From positions 1,280,001 to 1,344,000 of the forward strand of contig CAVTTL010000001.1 in NCBI GenBank assembly GCA_963737635.1: a stretch of DNA of 64,000 nt. Reading direction: 5' to 3'. Below are positions 1 to 10,736 of this stretch, piece by piece. Under the pieces are notes generated by a model. That model searched no databases, was not told the origin of the DNA, and worked only from the letters and a program-made list of their open reading frames with translations. How positions within the stretch are numbered: position 1 is the stretch's first letter; every line of letters starts with the position of its first letter. This DNA comes from an uncultured Methanoregulaceae archaeon. GTDB lineage: Archaea > Halobacteriota > Methanomicrobia > Methanomicrobiales > Methanospirillaceae. The translations under genes and the position numbers were made by a program.

Positions 1-631
1 TATCGCGGTATCCGATGTCCGTGACCATCTTTTCGATGACTTTGATGCGTGCGGTGATAAGTGCCATCTCGCCGGAGATCGGGCGTACTTCCCCGCCTGC
101 CTCTTCAGCGCCACCGCCGGCTGCTTCCTTAACTTCGACGACGATGGGGTCGCCAGCGAACGCGCCGGGGTCTTTGGCCTTGAGTTCGTTGATTTTGGCC
201 TTGATGGCGGCAAGGTCCTCGGTCTCCATGATATTGACGACGGTAATCTGCTCCTGGAAGCGCTTGATCGCCGCATCATTGAGATTTTCAATGAAGGGGA
301 TAGCGCCTTCAGCGCCGACAATCCTGCCGTCCTTGACGCCGCCTTTATGGAGAGCGACCATGGACTGGCCGGAGAGGTGGCCCTTGACTTCGGTACCACA
401 GAGGATCATGAACCTGATGTTGGGGTTGGCGATGTAATTGGCGATGACCTTTTCAAGACCGAGGTTTTCGGTCTTACAGGAACCGCACATCGCTGCGCCC
501 GCATCACAGATACCCTGTTCATCGAGGTGGGAACCCATGGTGATAACAGCGACGCAGCTGTTTGCATCTCCTGAGTGGAAGTCGCCTTTAACGAGCGGCC
601 ATCCACTTGCCGGTGATTTCTTATCTGCCAT
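1..631 (-). CDS. mtrA: Methyl-H4MPT:CoM methyltransferase subunit A (partial, runs off the window start)
   Basis: Manual translation from ATG 631: [38 protein letters not shown]...[40 protein letters not shown]. Directly follows mtrB. Not in the ORF track because no stop lies in the window. Confidence 0.96.
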   Translation of the reverse strand, partial: MADKKSPASGWPLVKGDFHSGDANSCVAVITMGSHLDEQGICDAGAAMCGSCKTENLGLEKVIANYIANPNIRFMILCGTEVKGHLSGQSMVALHKGGVKDGRIVGAEGAIPFIENLNDAAIKRFQEQITVVNIMETEDLAAIKAKINELKAKDPGAFAGDPIVVEVKEAAGGGAEEAGGEVRPISGEMALITARIKVIEKMVTDIGYRD

Positions 632-632
632 A

Positions 633-926
633 TCAGCCCACCTTGATCAGCTGCAATGCAATGACTCCTGCAACGAGTAATCCGATGGCAAGCCCGTACC
701 AGAAGGCACTGATGCTGCCACCGATAGTAAGGGTCTTCTCGCGGCCCGGGAAGGATGCAACATAGTTTCCTTCGCCGGAAAGCATGTTGACCAGATCATC
801 TGCCGATGCCTCGAGTATTGCTACCTTGTCTGCAACCGGGGAAAGCGATTCTCCGGCAGTCGTGATAATACCTACAACGGGGTCAGCAACCAAGCCGAAT
901 TCCGGGAGAACAATAACGTATGCCAT
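633..926 (-). CDS. mtrB: Mtr subunit B
   Basis: 97 aa; [16 protein letters not shown]...SFPGRE...FWYG plus C-terminal TM helix; operon position. Confidence 0.95.
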   Translation of the reverse strand: MAYVIVLPEFGLVADPVVGIITTAGESLSPVADKVAILEASADDLVNMLSGEGNYVASFPGREKTLTIGGSISAFWYGLAIGLLVAGVIALQLIKVG

Positions 927-928
927 GG

Positions 929-1778
929 TTAGTGTCCCTCCACATCAGGAATCGGTTTTGAGTCAAGCCATGCGTATGCATCGCGCTTCGAGAGCTTGAT
1001 GTACTCACAGTAGGTGTATACCCATCCGATGATTGCAATGACCAGCGATATAACTGCCGATCCGGCGCTGACGAGCGCAAACGACATAATTGCTGCGACG
1101 ATCATGCTCAGGAACCCGCATTCTGCGGTGAGCATAAGCATCCGGTCCTGTTTCCAGCCGGGTCCCAGGCACGCGTTGAACGGATGCTGGATCGCAATTG
1201 CCCCGAGCAGGAATGCAACGCCCGTGAGACCGCCGCCAATGAATGAGACCTGGTAACTGGCCATGGAAATACCCATGAGCGCAACGGTACCGGAGCTCAG
1301 CGTAGTGAACGTGAAGTCTGCCGGTAATGAGGACTGCAAGGCCCATCAGCGTGAGTGCACCGACAACGGCAAGCTCGGTCAGAGCCTGGATCATTACCGG
1401 AATCTTCATGTTGAGGACTTCATTTGCAAGATATCCAAGGATAAGCCCAATGACGGCTGCAAGGATGAGCGCAACGATAGGTGCTGCAATGCCGAACTTG
1501 GTTGCAAGGAGCATCGCAATGACACCGGAACCGAATGCAATCATACCTGCTGAGGGTACACCGGTACCGATACCGTAACTGCACAGTACCTTGATAGTGT
1601 GGCTCCCCCAGATAAGGGCAGCAACTGCGGCGAGGCCGCCGAAGAACGAGAACATCTCGGTGCCGGTCAGCACATTGAGATAGGAGAGGTACAGGCACAC
1701 GATCGTACAGATTATTCCTGCGATCATGATCTTTGTGTGCGGGACGCCTCCTTCGATTACTTCAACTTTTACGGTCAT
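929..1778 (-). CDS. mtrC: Mtr subunit C (split by an apparent 1-nt insertion near 1319)
   Basis: ORF 1005..1778 carries CSYGIGTGVPSAGM; ORF 929..1339 carries AIAIQHPFNACLGP. Together they make one MtrC. Confidence 0.93.
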
Positions 1779-1787
1779 TTCAACACC

Positions 1788-2621
1788 TCAGATCGTGACG
1801 ATCAGGATCGCCACAAGACCGCAGAGCGCCGACGCGACCGCGGATGCAACGATTGCCCGTGGCCAGCGCTTGAACTTGGGGTCGTGGGGGCCCTCGATGG
1901 TTCCCGTGATGTTGTAGGCTGTCAGCACGGCATTGACAAGGAACATACCTATAGCAAAGATTCCTGCGGTTGAAACTGCAATCGGAAGGATCTGCGCAGC
2001 GGTTGCACCTATAAGGTTCGGAAGTGTTGCCTGGTACAGGTTGAGAAGCTCGATATAGATAAGCGTACCTCCTGCACCGCCGAGAATACCCCCGGTGACA
2101 CCGCCCACAAACGAGACGAATGGAAGACCATGCCCCTCAGTACCCTGCGATTTGAATTCAGGCTGGGAGTCCCCGGTGATCGGGTCCTTTAGTACCTTGC
2201 CTGAAGCTGCCGGGATACCCATGCCAAAGACATAGACGAAGTTGACCATCATGCAAGTGACAGCCATCATCATCCCGCCGCCGATGCCGCCGGTAATGAC
2301 CGCGATAACAAGTCCCTGGCTGGCGGCCCATGCGCCACCGAAGAGACCGGCAAGACCTGCACCGGCTGCGAGCATAGCGACACCGGTTGCGATACCGGGT
2401 GCTTGGCCCATTGCCGCGGGTGCACCGCCGACCGGCACGAAGTGGACGCCGAATCCGATCAGGACACCGCCGATGACTACGCCGATCAGGGCCATGAAGC
2501 CGAGTGTCGGGGAGACAAAGTAGCCAATCCCGAGAAGAATGATAAGCAGGATCACACCCACTGCCATCGCAGTGGGATTCATTGCCGAGCCCGCGGCTGG
2601 CTTCGCTGCAACTGCGGTCAT
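1788..2621 (-). CDS. mtrD: Mtr subunit D
   Basis: VHFVPVGGAPAAMGQAPGIATG, GTEGHGLPF and YNITGTIEGPHDPKFKR motifs. Confidence 0.96.
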   Translation of the reverse strand: MTAVAAKPAAGSAMNPTAMAVGVILLIILLGIGYFVSPTLGFMALIGVVIGGVLIGFGVHFVPVGGAPAAMGQAPGIATGVAMLAAGAGLAGLFGGAWAASQGLVIAVITGGIGGGMMMAVTCMMVNFVYVFGMGIPAASGKVLKDPITGDSQPEFKSQGTEGHGLPFVSFVGGVTGGILGGAGGTLIYIELLNLYQATLPNLIGATAAQILPIAVSTAGIFAIGMFLVNAVLTAYNITGTIEGPHDPKFKRWPRAIVASAVASALCGLVAILIVTI

Positions 2622-3523
2622 GGTGCTGCCTCCTTTACCGGAACCGTATAGGGTCCATAGTTCTTGCGTGCCCAGACCTCGATGTACCGGTCAATGACCG
2701 TGAAGACAAGGATGATCAGGATACCGATGACGATTGCACCCCAGCCAGCTCCGATCTTATCGAAGAGGATGGAGCGCCAGAGTTCAAGGAATACGATCAG
2801 GCCAAAGCAAAGGCCCGATGCGGGACCGCCGAACTTTGCGGTGAAGAATCCGTTATCGATCGAGTTGCGTTCTCCGGCTTCAGCATACCGGACGATGTTT
2901 CCTGATGCTGAGATCGGGACACCGGCACCGAACTTCTGGTTCTGGTACTGGCGTTCCTTGCCGTAGTACGGGTTGCCCGTTGCAGACCCTGCTGCTCCAA
3001 GGGCGATTCCCCAGATGAACCCGAGCAGCGGCAGCGGGAATGGGTGTCCCAGTGCGACGTTGATCAGGTAACAGATGGTGACGGTACAGAAAATTGCTAC
3101 AAAGGCATGAGCCATGGCAACCGTCGTCATGGACTTTAAGATGTCCACGTAGACCGGCTGGCCGAACTTGGCGAGACTTGCTGTCCTGCCCAGGTATGCA
3201 GTTGTCGCATAGACGCCCTGAACGAAGACTGCAAGAAGAGAGCCCAAGACAATTGCGAGGACCGCGTTGAACTGCATGGCCAGAAATGCCCATGCAAGTC
3301 CTGCGCCAAGAGCACACCACAAACCATACGCCGGGGGTTCTCCGGCAACCGCCTTATTGAAGATGCGGTGCACGAATCCCATCTGCGGAGCGAGCTGAAC
3401 CTGCGAGTTGGGGTCTCCCTGCGACCCGATGTTGGATTCAGTATCTTCCGCTGAACCGGCTACGGTGGCAAGGGCTCCTGCCAGTGCAGTAATTCCAATG
3501 CCAAATACAATATTATCTACCAT
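2618..3523 (-). CDS. mtrE: Mtr subunit E
   Basis: AEDTESNIGSQGDPNSQVQLAPQMG..HRIFNKAVAGEP signature; GGAGG RBS upstream. Confidence 0.97.
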   Translation of the reverse strand: MVDNIVFGIGITALAGALATVAGSAEDTESNIGSQGDPNSQVQLAPQMGFVHRIFNKAVAGEPPAYGLWCALGAGLAWAFLAMQFNAVLAIVLGSLLAVFVQGVYATTAYLGRTASLAKFGQPVYVDILKSMTTVAMAHAFVAIFCTVTICYLINVALGHPFPLPLLGFIWGIALGAAGSATGNPYYGKERQYQNQKFGAGVPISASGNIVRYAEAGERNSIDNGFFTAKFGGPASGLCFGLIVFLELWRSILFDKIGAGWGAIVIGILIILVFTVIDRYIEVWARKNYGPYTVPVKEAAP

Positions 3524-3626
3524 TTAGCCTCCTCCCTGCGTGCTTTTACACGAGAGTATTCAAAATGCAATGCCACGCACATCGAGTTAAACTCTTTGTG
3601 GTCAGTGTAAAATTAGTGAGATCTTG

Positions 3627-3640
3627 ATTAAAAGGTTTCG
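3627..3640 (-). promoter_or_regulatory. Putative BRE/TATA promoter of the mtr operon
   Basis: Minus strand reads CGAAACCTTTTAAT about 105 nt upstream of the mtrE ATG; same layout as the element upstream of mcrB. Confidence 0.55.
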
Positions 3641-3984
3641 AAATCATGTTCGGGAAAACGGAGTGTTTAAAGCCTGAATTATAAAACTGGGGCGTATAAC
3701 GGATTATTTTGACATGTAAACTTTCGTTAATGAAAGATAGGTTGCGTTCGGGGCAAGCAATCTTGTGCTAGCCGTCATAGGGGCCGGGTGAGCACCGGAG
3801 TTTCATCGAATCTAAACTATTTATTGATAGTTCATCAATCACTCTGTCTCTAGAATTCAGGTACTGATATGGTCACAGTTGGTCCCTGATTTTTCCATCT
3901 CGGAAAAAAATCCCCTATCAACCGCCAACTTATCAGAACCCTCAGTCCTTACCGCTAAATACCGCTAAGACTCTATCTCTTCTC

Positions 3985-4371
3985 ATGCCAAACATCTTGC
4001 ACTTCATGGTCCCGGCCGACAACGTGGACCGGGCACGGCACTTCTACACCGCCCTCCTTGGCTGGACGATCGAACCTGTCGTCCCCACCCCCGATCCTGG
4101 TGGGATAGCTGCGATGCAGTACCATGCGATCACGACTGGCTCTACCGAGCCAGGCACGCTGAACTCTGGGGGTCTATATAAACGGCACCTGAGCGAACCA
4201 ATCCTGGATTTCGTGCAGATCGAAGATATCGACGCTGTGCTCTCAAAGGTGGAGGATCTCGGCGGGAAGATCATGATGCCGAAGACCGTCATCCCCGGCG
4301 TAGGACACACAGCAATGATCCTCGACTCCGAAGGAAACATGATCGGCTTTTTGATGCCGGAAAAGGCGTGA
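3985..4371 (+). CDS. VOC/glyoxalase family protein
   Basis: ILHFMVPADNVDRARHFYTALLGW...VEDLGGKIMMPKTVIPGVG...DSEGNMIG pattern. Confidence 0.85.
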   Translation: MPNILHFMVPADNVDRARHFYTALLGWTIEPVVPTPDPGGIAAMQYHAITTGSTEPGTLNSGGLYKRHLSEPILDFVQIEDIDAVLSKVEDLGGKIMMPKTVIPGVGHTAMILDSEGNMIGFLMPEKA

Positions 4372-4391
4372 GGGTGGCGGGGGTCGCCCTC
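4370..4391 (+). terminator. GC-rich stem-loop directly after the VOC gene
   Basis: GAGGGTGGC-GGGG-GTCGCCCTC forms a 9-bp stem with two G-U pairs; role as a terminator is not established. Confidence 0.3.
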
Positions 4392-4544
4392 CCTTCAGCC
4401 CGGATCCTGCCGGTGCGTTTTCCGCGTCCCGGTCGCGAAAATACCTGTTTAAAACCGTTTGAGTTCCCGAATCATAAGAAAGCGTATATCCCGGGATAAA
4501 GAGAGTAACAATACGTGGCATAAACCACAATCAACGAAAAGGAA

Positions 4545-4652
4545 GTGATTACTACGTCAGTGAAGATAACCAAGGCAGCCGCCGCGAAGAAGGCGTCGGC
4601 AAACGCGAAGTCCGCTGCCGGTGACAAGAACACCAGCGCAAAGAGCGCGTAA
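4545..4652 (+). CDS. Putative small Lys/Ala-rich basic peptide (30-35 aa)
   Basis: GTG 4545 (or GTG 4560) to TAA 4652: (MITTS)VKITKAAAAKKASANAKSAAGDKNTSAKSA. Upstream GTATAT and GGAAGTGA elements, downstream T-tract. Confidence 0.45.
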   Translation: MITTSVKITKAAAAKKASANAKSAAGDKNTSAKSA

Positions 4653-4915
4653 ACCCCCTAACAATCTCTATTTTTTACCTATTGATTTTTCACCCCGTCA
4701 AGTTGTTTCCCGGTATGATCGTGCCTGTTCTCTGCAAAACTCTTGATAGATCTTTCTGACGCACTTTTCGATCTTCGGCATTTCGATGCCATTCGCCATC
4801 GTGACGTGAGCATCCCCCGGAGAACGATAACTCCCGCCGTGCCCCGGAGAGGCCATGAGAGGGGAAATCCTCGTCGGAGTAATGAAAAAATCTGAATGAT
4901 GAGAGAATTTACGGT

Positions 4916-6085
4916 TTACCGCATTGCGTTCTTCCGCATCAGCGCCATGACGACGGGCTTTGCGGGTTTCTGCGGCTTGTCTTGTGACGACATCCCGAAG
5001 CCGCCCATCTCCATCGGGGGTGTGTCGAACATTTCCTTATTGAGCCGGCCGCTGATCTCATCGAAGATCCGGGTATAAGCCACGCAGTGCGTATCGACAC
5101 CCTCGATCCTCCCCGGCGTTGGCGCCATCGCGTTGTATGGGCACCCGCCCCGGCAATACTTGATATGTTTGCATTTGCCGCACGCCGTATCCACGTAATC
5201 CCTGAAGGCGAGCATCAGTTTTCCCGCCGGAGACTCCATCAGCGTCTCGATTGAAGGGTGATCCGCAACATTCCCCATCACGTATTCCGGCATCCCGACA
5301 AATCGGTAACAGGGATAGATACTCCCATCTGGCCCCACGGCAAAGGTGCTTCCCATGCAGTCCACATACGTGCAAACGCTGCCCCGCCGGGTAAACACGC
5401 ACCGGCAGAGGTCGTTGATGTTCATCACCTCAATCTCGCCCATGTGGCCGAGCGCCTCGTCGAGGAGATACACCAGCAGTTCGCCGTACTCCGCTGGTTC
5501 GAGTGCCCATTCCTTCGGGTTCTCGGAACGGAGCGACGGGAGAGCCGGGTGCAATTTCAGGGTAAAGCCCTTATAGAGGAAGAACCGGAAGATCTCCTCC
5601 TTCTTCTTCACCGATCTGCTCGTGAAAGTACAAATGAAACGCACGTCGAGGCCATGGGCTTTTGCGATTTCGTAGCCCTTCATGGTTTTCTGGTAATACC
5701 CGTTCCCCCGCTGCGAATCGGTTATTTCCTCGGGCCCGTCGATGCTCGACCCAATTGGCACACGGTACGCCGCTAGGGCATCTGCGATCTCCGGTGTCAT
5801 TCGCCAGAGATTGGTCTGCATCGCGAACTCCGGGTGCATCCGGGCGAGCCCTTTCGAAAGAAGCGGTAATGCTTGCTGGTAGAACTCAGCTCCGGCAAGC
5901 AGCGGTTCCCCGCCGTGGAAAGTAAACGTCACCCTGTCATTCGGGATATCCTTCAGCCACGCCACGATCTCCTTTATCGTATCCACGGTCATGACCGGCG
6001 ACCCTTCTTCCGAGCTCCAGCAGTACTTGCACTTCGAAGGGCAGCCTAGCGTTGGGATGATCATCACGTGGAACGGGTTTTTCAT
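4916..6085 (-). CDS. Radical SAM/SPASM protein, anSME-like (TIGR04083-type putative peptide-modifying enzyme of methanogens)
   Basis: CPSKCKYC, FTFHGGEPLL, MQTN, SIDGPEE; SPASM Cys pattern C..C..GPDGSIYPC..CGKC..CRGGC..C. Confidence 0.88.
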   Translation of the reverse strand: MKNPFHVMIIPTLGCPSKCKYCWSSEEGSPVMTVDTIKEIVAWLKDIPNDRVTFTFHGGEPLLAGAEFYQQALPLLSKGLARMHPEFAMQTNLWRMTPEIADALAAYRVPIGSSIDGPEEITDSQRGNGYYQKTMKGYEIAKAHGLDVRFICTFTSRSVKKKEEIFRFFLYKGFTLKLHPALPSLRSENPKEWALEPAEYGELLVYLLDEALGHMGEIEVMNINDLCRCVFTRRGSVCTYVDCMGSTFAVGPDGSIYPCYRFVGMPEYVMGNVADHPSIETLMESPAGKLMLAFRDYVDTACGKCKHIKYCRGGCPYNAMAPTPGRIEGVDTHCVAYTRIFDEISGRLNKEMFDTPPMEMGGFGMSSQDKPQKPAKPVVMALMRKNAMR

Positions 6086-6260
6086 TAGTTTTTTTTCCTT
6101 TCATCAGAGCATAATGGTTTTCATATACGTTAGGCCTGCACATGATCGATAGGAAATCCTGATAAAAGAGGGATGGGCCCTGCCTGAGTGGGTCTCTTTG
6201 GTGCCATGGAGGCGCACATCAAGCAACGCTCTTTTGCCCGGATGTATACGATTTTAAGGG

Positions 6261-6977
6261 TTATTTTGAACCGGCAGCTCCGATGACTATAGGCAGTGCA
6301 GTAATGATCTCGGGGAGCATCTCGGCAGGGAAACCCATCACCAGCTCGTCATCTGCGATACCGGAGTATCTGCGCGATCCATCGCAGCCCAGCGAGAAGT
6401 TCGGCCGCCCGGAAAGATAGGTCTGTGCCGTCGCATCCGCACAGACCGACTGGATGCCGGAGAACTCCGCACAGATCCTTCCGCCGAGCCTGAAGAGGCT
6501 GCTCTGGGCGAGCTTGAGCATATTGCGGGGTGTGGTGATAATCAGGATGACCTGAGGGGAAAAAGGCGTTTTCTCCAAGGGGGCATAGAGCGTGGCGTAT
6601 GTTTCGCGCGTATCGAGATGCGGAACCTTCTCAATCGTCCGCTTGCAAGCAGCATCGCTATCGAATTTTCCCAGCTTGAAATAGAACTCCCCTTTTTTGA
6701 GGGTGGGTGTTATCTCTTTTAACCCCAGCGACCACGCCCCCCCGTTGCATTCGTGCCGTTCGGCGGGAGCGTAGAATATCTTTCCCTCGGTTCTTGCCAG
6801 GTTCACCATAGAACAATGCCGGATGGTCTTATCGAGTTCCACCATCCCGGCCGGGATATCCGCTTTTGTGGGCGCGAACCTGATGGCAACTGGCGATCCT
6901 TTCAGGCCCAGTATTTTTTTCAGCGTTTCTGCGGCCTCTAAGAAATTTACCGGTATCTTTGTCTGCTCATTGCTCAT
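6261..6977 (-). CDS. DUF169 family protein
   Basis: LGLKGSPVAIRF, RHC, C.GG..SLG, YAPL, GIQSVCAD and SLGCDGSR motifs. Confidence 0.85.
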   Translation of the reverse strand: MSNEQTKIPVNFLEAAETLKKILGLKGSPVAIRFAPTKADIPAGMVELDKTIRHCSMVNLARTEGKIFYAPAERHECNGGAWSLGLKEITPTLKKGEFYFKLGKFDSDAACKRTIEKVPHLDTRETYATLYAPLEKTPFSPQVILIITTPRNMLKLAQSSLFRLGGRICAEFSGIQSVCADATAQTYLSGRPNFSLGCDGSRRYSGIADDELVMGFPAEMLPEIITALPIVIGAAGSK

Positions 6978-7111
6978 GTTGTTACCTCATCCTCCTTAGT
7001 TCGCGGGGGTAATTACCCATATGAGCGGAACCATAAAAAGATGATGAAAAGGTCAGAAGCGATCAAAAATGCGGTGCCACTTAGGAGTGGCGATTTTACA
7101 AATGCGGAATT

Positions 7112-7126
7112 AAAAAAAAGAAAAAA
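7112..7126 (-). terminator. Oligo(T) terminator of the mcr operon
   Basis: Minus-strand T-tracts (T6-C-T8) about 20-35 nt after the mcrA stop. Confidence 0.6.
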
Positions 7127-7146
7127 TTTGTTGGGGACGATCGTGC

Positions 7147-8832
7147 TTACCTTGCGGGGATGATCAGCGAGCGCTCGCCGGCGGGCATGAACTCGCGGAT
7201 TGCGCCCTTTGCGAACTCGCGGCGTGGTTCGGAGAAGTCGAACTTGAGCGACGGGTCTGCGAACGTGATCTTCATGAGCGGGGACAGGGTCCAGGCATCT
7301 TGGCGTCCATAGTGGGCGGCCGCAGCAATTGCGGCGTATTCTCCCTGGTGTCCGACATTCATTGCGTAGTTCGGGTAGTTCGGGCCGCGAAGTTCCCCGA
7401 TACAGCCCTCGTCGGGCCGGACGGACATACAGTTCGCGGAACCGCACTGGTCCTGCAGGTCGTAGCCGAAGAAGCCGAGACGTGACCAGCCTTCCTTGTG
7501 CATGAGCATCGACATGTACCAACCGTTCAGGCCTGCATTGGAGTTTGCCGTTCCAAGTGAAGCGGAGATACCTGATGCCGCGGCAAGGACGGATGCACGC
7601 TGGGAACCGCCGAAGTGGTCCTCGAGTGCAGTCGGGTACTGCTCGTACTGCTCCATACCGTAGAGCGTGACTTCAGATGCAATGTCGCTGACTGCTTCCT
7701 GGGTCTGTTTTGCCTTTCCGATACCGCCGTGGTTCTTCTTGACGTAGTCAAGACCGTAGTAGCAGTAGTCGTCGAGGATGTTGTCGGTATATGCAGCGGT
7801 TGCATACTGGGTGAATCCGACACCGCCGGACATATAAGATCCGAGCCAGATCTGGTCGAAGAGCATGGTACCTGCACCGACGACTTCAAGGGATGCCTTG
7901 ACGGGGTCGTTGGGGTACTTGCGGTCTGCCTGGATCATGTCGGCGAAATGTCCGAACTTGATGCCACCTGGCTCGTTCGGGCCACGTGCACGGCGGGCGG
8001 GCAGGATATCTGCCATCTGGATGACGCCGGCGTGCTTAGCTGCGAATGCGAGGTCGGCGACTGCTGCCTCGCCGGCGCACATCTTGTACGCTCCGATGAA
8101 GGACATACCGATCTGCATGGCGGACCACCGGGAGGTTGTTCCTCCGTCGCAGGTCCTGCTGACTGTAGTCGGGATGTGGACAGCCTGCCACATGGACTTG
8201 CCGACTGCTGCCTTGAGTGCTGCTGCCTGCTTTGCCGGGAAGAGCTTGTCGAGGTTTAAGACGAACTGGGATTCGAGGTCGTCCGCCATCTCATCATCGC
8301 CGGTGAAGACCTTGACGTAGCAGTCATCGACGAGTGCCGGGTGAGTCTCGACCATGTGTTCCTGCACGACGGCTGCGCCGGGCATCGCGTGGTTGAGCAC
8401 GTGGAGGTACTCGTTGATGGTTTCAGGAGTAACTTCTTTCCCGAGACGCTTCTGGAGGGTACCGTGGGCGAGGTCGAGGCCGACGATGATCGTCCGGCGG
8501 ATGTCGTCCCACATCTGCTGCATTGCAGCGTTGTTGACAAAGTGAAGGTCATCGCCCTCTACAAAGACACCGGTGCCGGAGACCTCGTAGGTCATCAGCT
8601 GGCGCTGGCCGAGAGGAATACCGCCACAGTGGCAGCGCTTGGGGTCGTACATGGAGATGCCGCGGTCCATCTCGGCCTTCTTACCGGCCTTGAGGAACTC
8701 CATCTTGCGCGGGGACTGCTCGAGACCTTCGCGGGCGAACACCGTTGAGGTTGCCTGGGGGTCTTCTGCGAACTTCTCCTTCATTGCCTTCAGGAAGAGC
8801 TTCTGGGTCCTTTCGATTTTTGCCTTTGCCAT
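7147..8832 (-). CDS. mcrA: Methyl-coenzyme M reductase alpha subunit
   Basis: [46 protein letters not shown] and NYAMNVGH motifs; intact 561 aa. Confidence 0.99.
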   Translation of the reverse strand: MAKAKIERTQKLFLKAMKEKFAEDPQATSTVFAREGLEQSPRKMEFLKAGKKAEMDRGISMYDPKRCHCGGIPLGQRQLMTYEVSGTGVFVEGDDLHFVNNAAMQQMWDDIRRTIIVGLDLAHGTLQKRLGKEVTPETINEYLHVLNHAMPGAAVVQEHMVETHPALVDDCYVKVFTGDDEMADDLESQFVLNLDKLFPAKQAAALKAAVGKSMWQAVHIPTTVSRTCDGGTTSRWSAMQIGMSFIGAYKMCAGEAAVADLAFAAKHAGVIQMADILPARRARGPNEPGGIKFGHFADMIQADRKYPNDPVKASLEVVGAGTMLFDQIWLGSYMSGGVGFTQYATAAYTDNILDDYCYYGLDYVKKNHGGIGKAKQTQEAVSDIASEVTLYGMEQYEQYPTALEDHFGGSQRASVLAAASGISASLGTANSNAGLNGWYMSMLMHKEGWSRLGFFGYDLQDQCGSANCMSVRPDEGCIGELRGPNYPNYAMNVGHQGEYAAIAAAAHYGRQDAWTLSPLMKITFADPSLKFDFSEPRREFAKGAIREFMPAGERSLIIPAR

Positions 8833-8838
8833 ATCTTA

Positions 8839-9604
8839 TCACTCCTTTGGCATGAAGCCGTATTTTACCCTCAGCGCGTGGATGCGCTGGATGTATTCAA
8901 TGTATTCTGCGTCTTCACGGAATCCGGTACCGACAAGCGAGTGGAACATGGTGGTGTGTGCCTTGAGCCACTTCTCGTCCATAGCCTTGCCGACCTTGAC
9001 TTCGGAGTCAAGGGGAACGCCGACTTGGTCTTTGACGTACTTGATCTGTCCCGACTTCTTGTCCATGACAAAGCGCTGGAGCATATCGAACATCATCCCA
9101 TTCTCATCGAGACGGAGGGAGTGTCCGTGCACGGTACAGCCGCGGATGCCGGTGAGTGCTGCATCGAAGAGACTCGGTGTTGACGAGTTCTTTTGCATAC
9201 TTCTCGAGATCTCTCTCACGGCATTCGATGATCTGACGGCCTGACAGCGTACCCGGGTCGATACCACGGTAGCGGTATGCCTCGAGCCAGCTTCTCTGGT
9301 AGGGCTGGCAGGGTGCATTGTACATCGAGTCGGTAAACTGGATGTAGCGGACGCGGTCGCCGGCTTTTGCGCCGTCGGTCGGGGTCACGAGCTTGCGGAT
9401 CGGACATGCCGGTTCCTGTTGCTCGGAGAGTGGCGGGTGGGCAGATGGATATGCTGCACCAGGTGCCTTGTGTCCCATGACGAGGACGATGTCCTTGTCC
9501 GTTACATCGCGAAGCTTTTCCAGCTTGTGGGTTGGGTCCAGCTGCTTGCGCCTGTTTTCGGCGATATGCGTCTGGCCGGGACAATACTGGGGTTTGTATG
9601 CCAT
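8839..9604 (-). CDS. mcrG: MCR gamma subunit (apparent 1-nt insertion near 9172)
   Basis: N-part MAYKPQYCPG..RGIDPGTLSGRQIIECRERDLE; C-part RGCTVHGHSLRLDENGMMFD in another frame. Confidence 0.95.
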
Positions 9605-9611
9605 TGTTTAA

Positions 9612-10250
9612 TCACTCCAATGTTGTTTCCTTCTTTTTCACGATTCTCATGACAGATGAAATGACTTCCGCCATCTTCTCTCGCGTGGGGGTCTGACCCC
9701 GGGTTACGCCGCTGACTATAGCCATCACCGTGCCTTTCGTCCGGATCCGGTCTGTCGGGGGCATCACTACCGCGGTCTTCACGCCCTCTTTTGCGAGATC
9801 TTCATAATCAATCGGGGACTGGGAGACGACAATTGCCTTCACGTCACAATTCTCAAGGATAAACCGGACCTTGTGCACGACATGGGATCGGACGTTCCCA
9901 TGGTGAAGTATAGCGACTTTGTGTCTCTCAATCTGCGCAATTTCCTTATCTGTAAGCCCGAAGTAGGCGCCGATGACCCCGCCGGGAATATTGGGAGCGT
10001 CCGGGGGGACGCCGCTGCCGGCGTTCAGTACAAGGGTGCTGATGCTGTATTCGACGCCCTGCTGTCGCAGCCCTGAGGTGATATCGCACACCGGTTTGGT
10101 GACGTGGCGGCGTCCGGGGGACATCCCGACCACGATCACGTCCGGGTACCGGCATTCGGAGATGGTGCCTCTCTGGGCTATCCCGCCTCCTTTACCCATG
10201 CCCATCGCCTCTCGGCAATCCACAACTTGGGTTACTCGTCCTATCGGCAT
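9612..10250 (-). CDS. mcrC: MCR operon protein C
   Basis: MPIGRVTQVVDCREAMGMGKGGGIAQRGTISE and HVTKPVCDIT. Confidence 0.97.
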   Translation of the reverse strand: MPIGRVTQVVDCREAMGMGKGGGIAQRGTISECRYPDVIVVGMSPGRRHVTKPVCDITSGLRQQGVEYSISTLVLNAGSGVPPDAPNIPGGVIGAYFGLTDKEIAQIERHKVAILHHGNVRSHVVHKVRFILENCDVKAIVVSQSPIDYEDLAKEGVKTAVVMPPTDRIRTKGTVMAIVSGVTRGQTPTREKMAEVISSVMRIVKKKETTLE

Positions 10251-10720
10251 TATTTAATTCCCTGAATGATGGTGGGCCTGGACTTGCTGCTTGGATCAGC
10301 AAGGCCGAGGATCGATTTGTCCGCATCCGGCCCGTACTTGCAATAATCAACGAGCGACGGCTCGGTCTTCATGAATTTCCCTTCCTGTATCCGGAATGAA
10401 AAACAGGTGAAGACCTGTTCGCATGCGGCCTTCAGTGCGGGAATAACATCACGGCTTTCAATCTCGAGAAGTACCGTACCCACGTGAACCTGCAGATCCA
10501 CTTCCTGGTCACCCACATGAATTGTCTTCCTCATTGAATGAGGATTGGCAAGTCCTTTAGCGGGGCCGTAAGTTATGGTAACCGGAAGGCGTGGTCCGTT
10601 GAGAACCATGCGGCGGATACCAGGGATCTCAATAATCTTGTTCAGTAGGTGCTCGGTCGTCTCTGGATTAAGCAGCCGCTCAGTGACTATCCTGCACTGG
10701 GGGAACGTGGCTTCAGTCAT
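10250..10720 (-). CDS. mcrD: MCR operon protein D
   Basis: Start at MTEATFPQCRIVTERLL; GPRLP...YGPAKG; DYCKYG. Confidence 0.95.
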   Translation of the reverse strand: MTEATFPQCRIVTERLLNPETTEHLLNKIIEIPGIRRMVLNGPRLPVTITYGPAKGLANPHSMRKTIHVGDQEVDLQVHVGTVLLEIESRDVIPALKAACEQVFTCFSFRIQEGKFMKTEPSLVDYCKYGPDADKSILGLADPSSKSRPTIIQGIK

Positions 10721-10736
10721 TTGTATCCGGGAGGGT

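Noticed and set aside
6130-6250. Possible riboswitch upstream of the radical SAM/SPASM gene
   Set aside because: Only short imperfect hairpins; no consensus I can recognise. An Rfam/Infernal scan would be needed.
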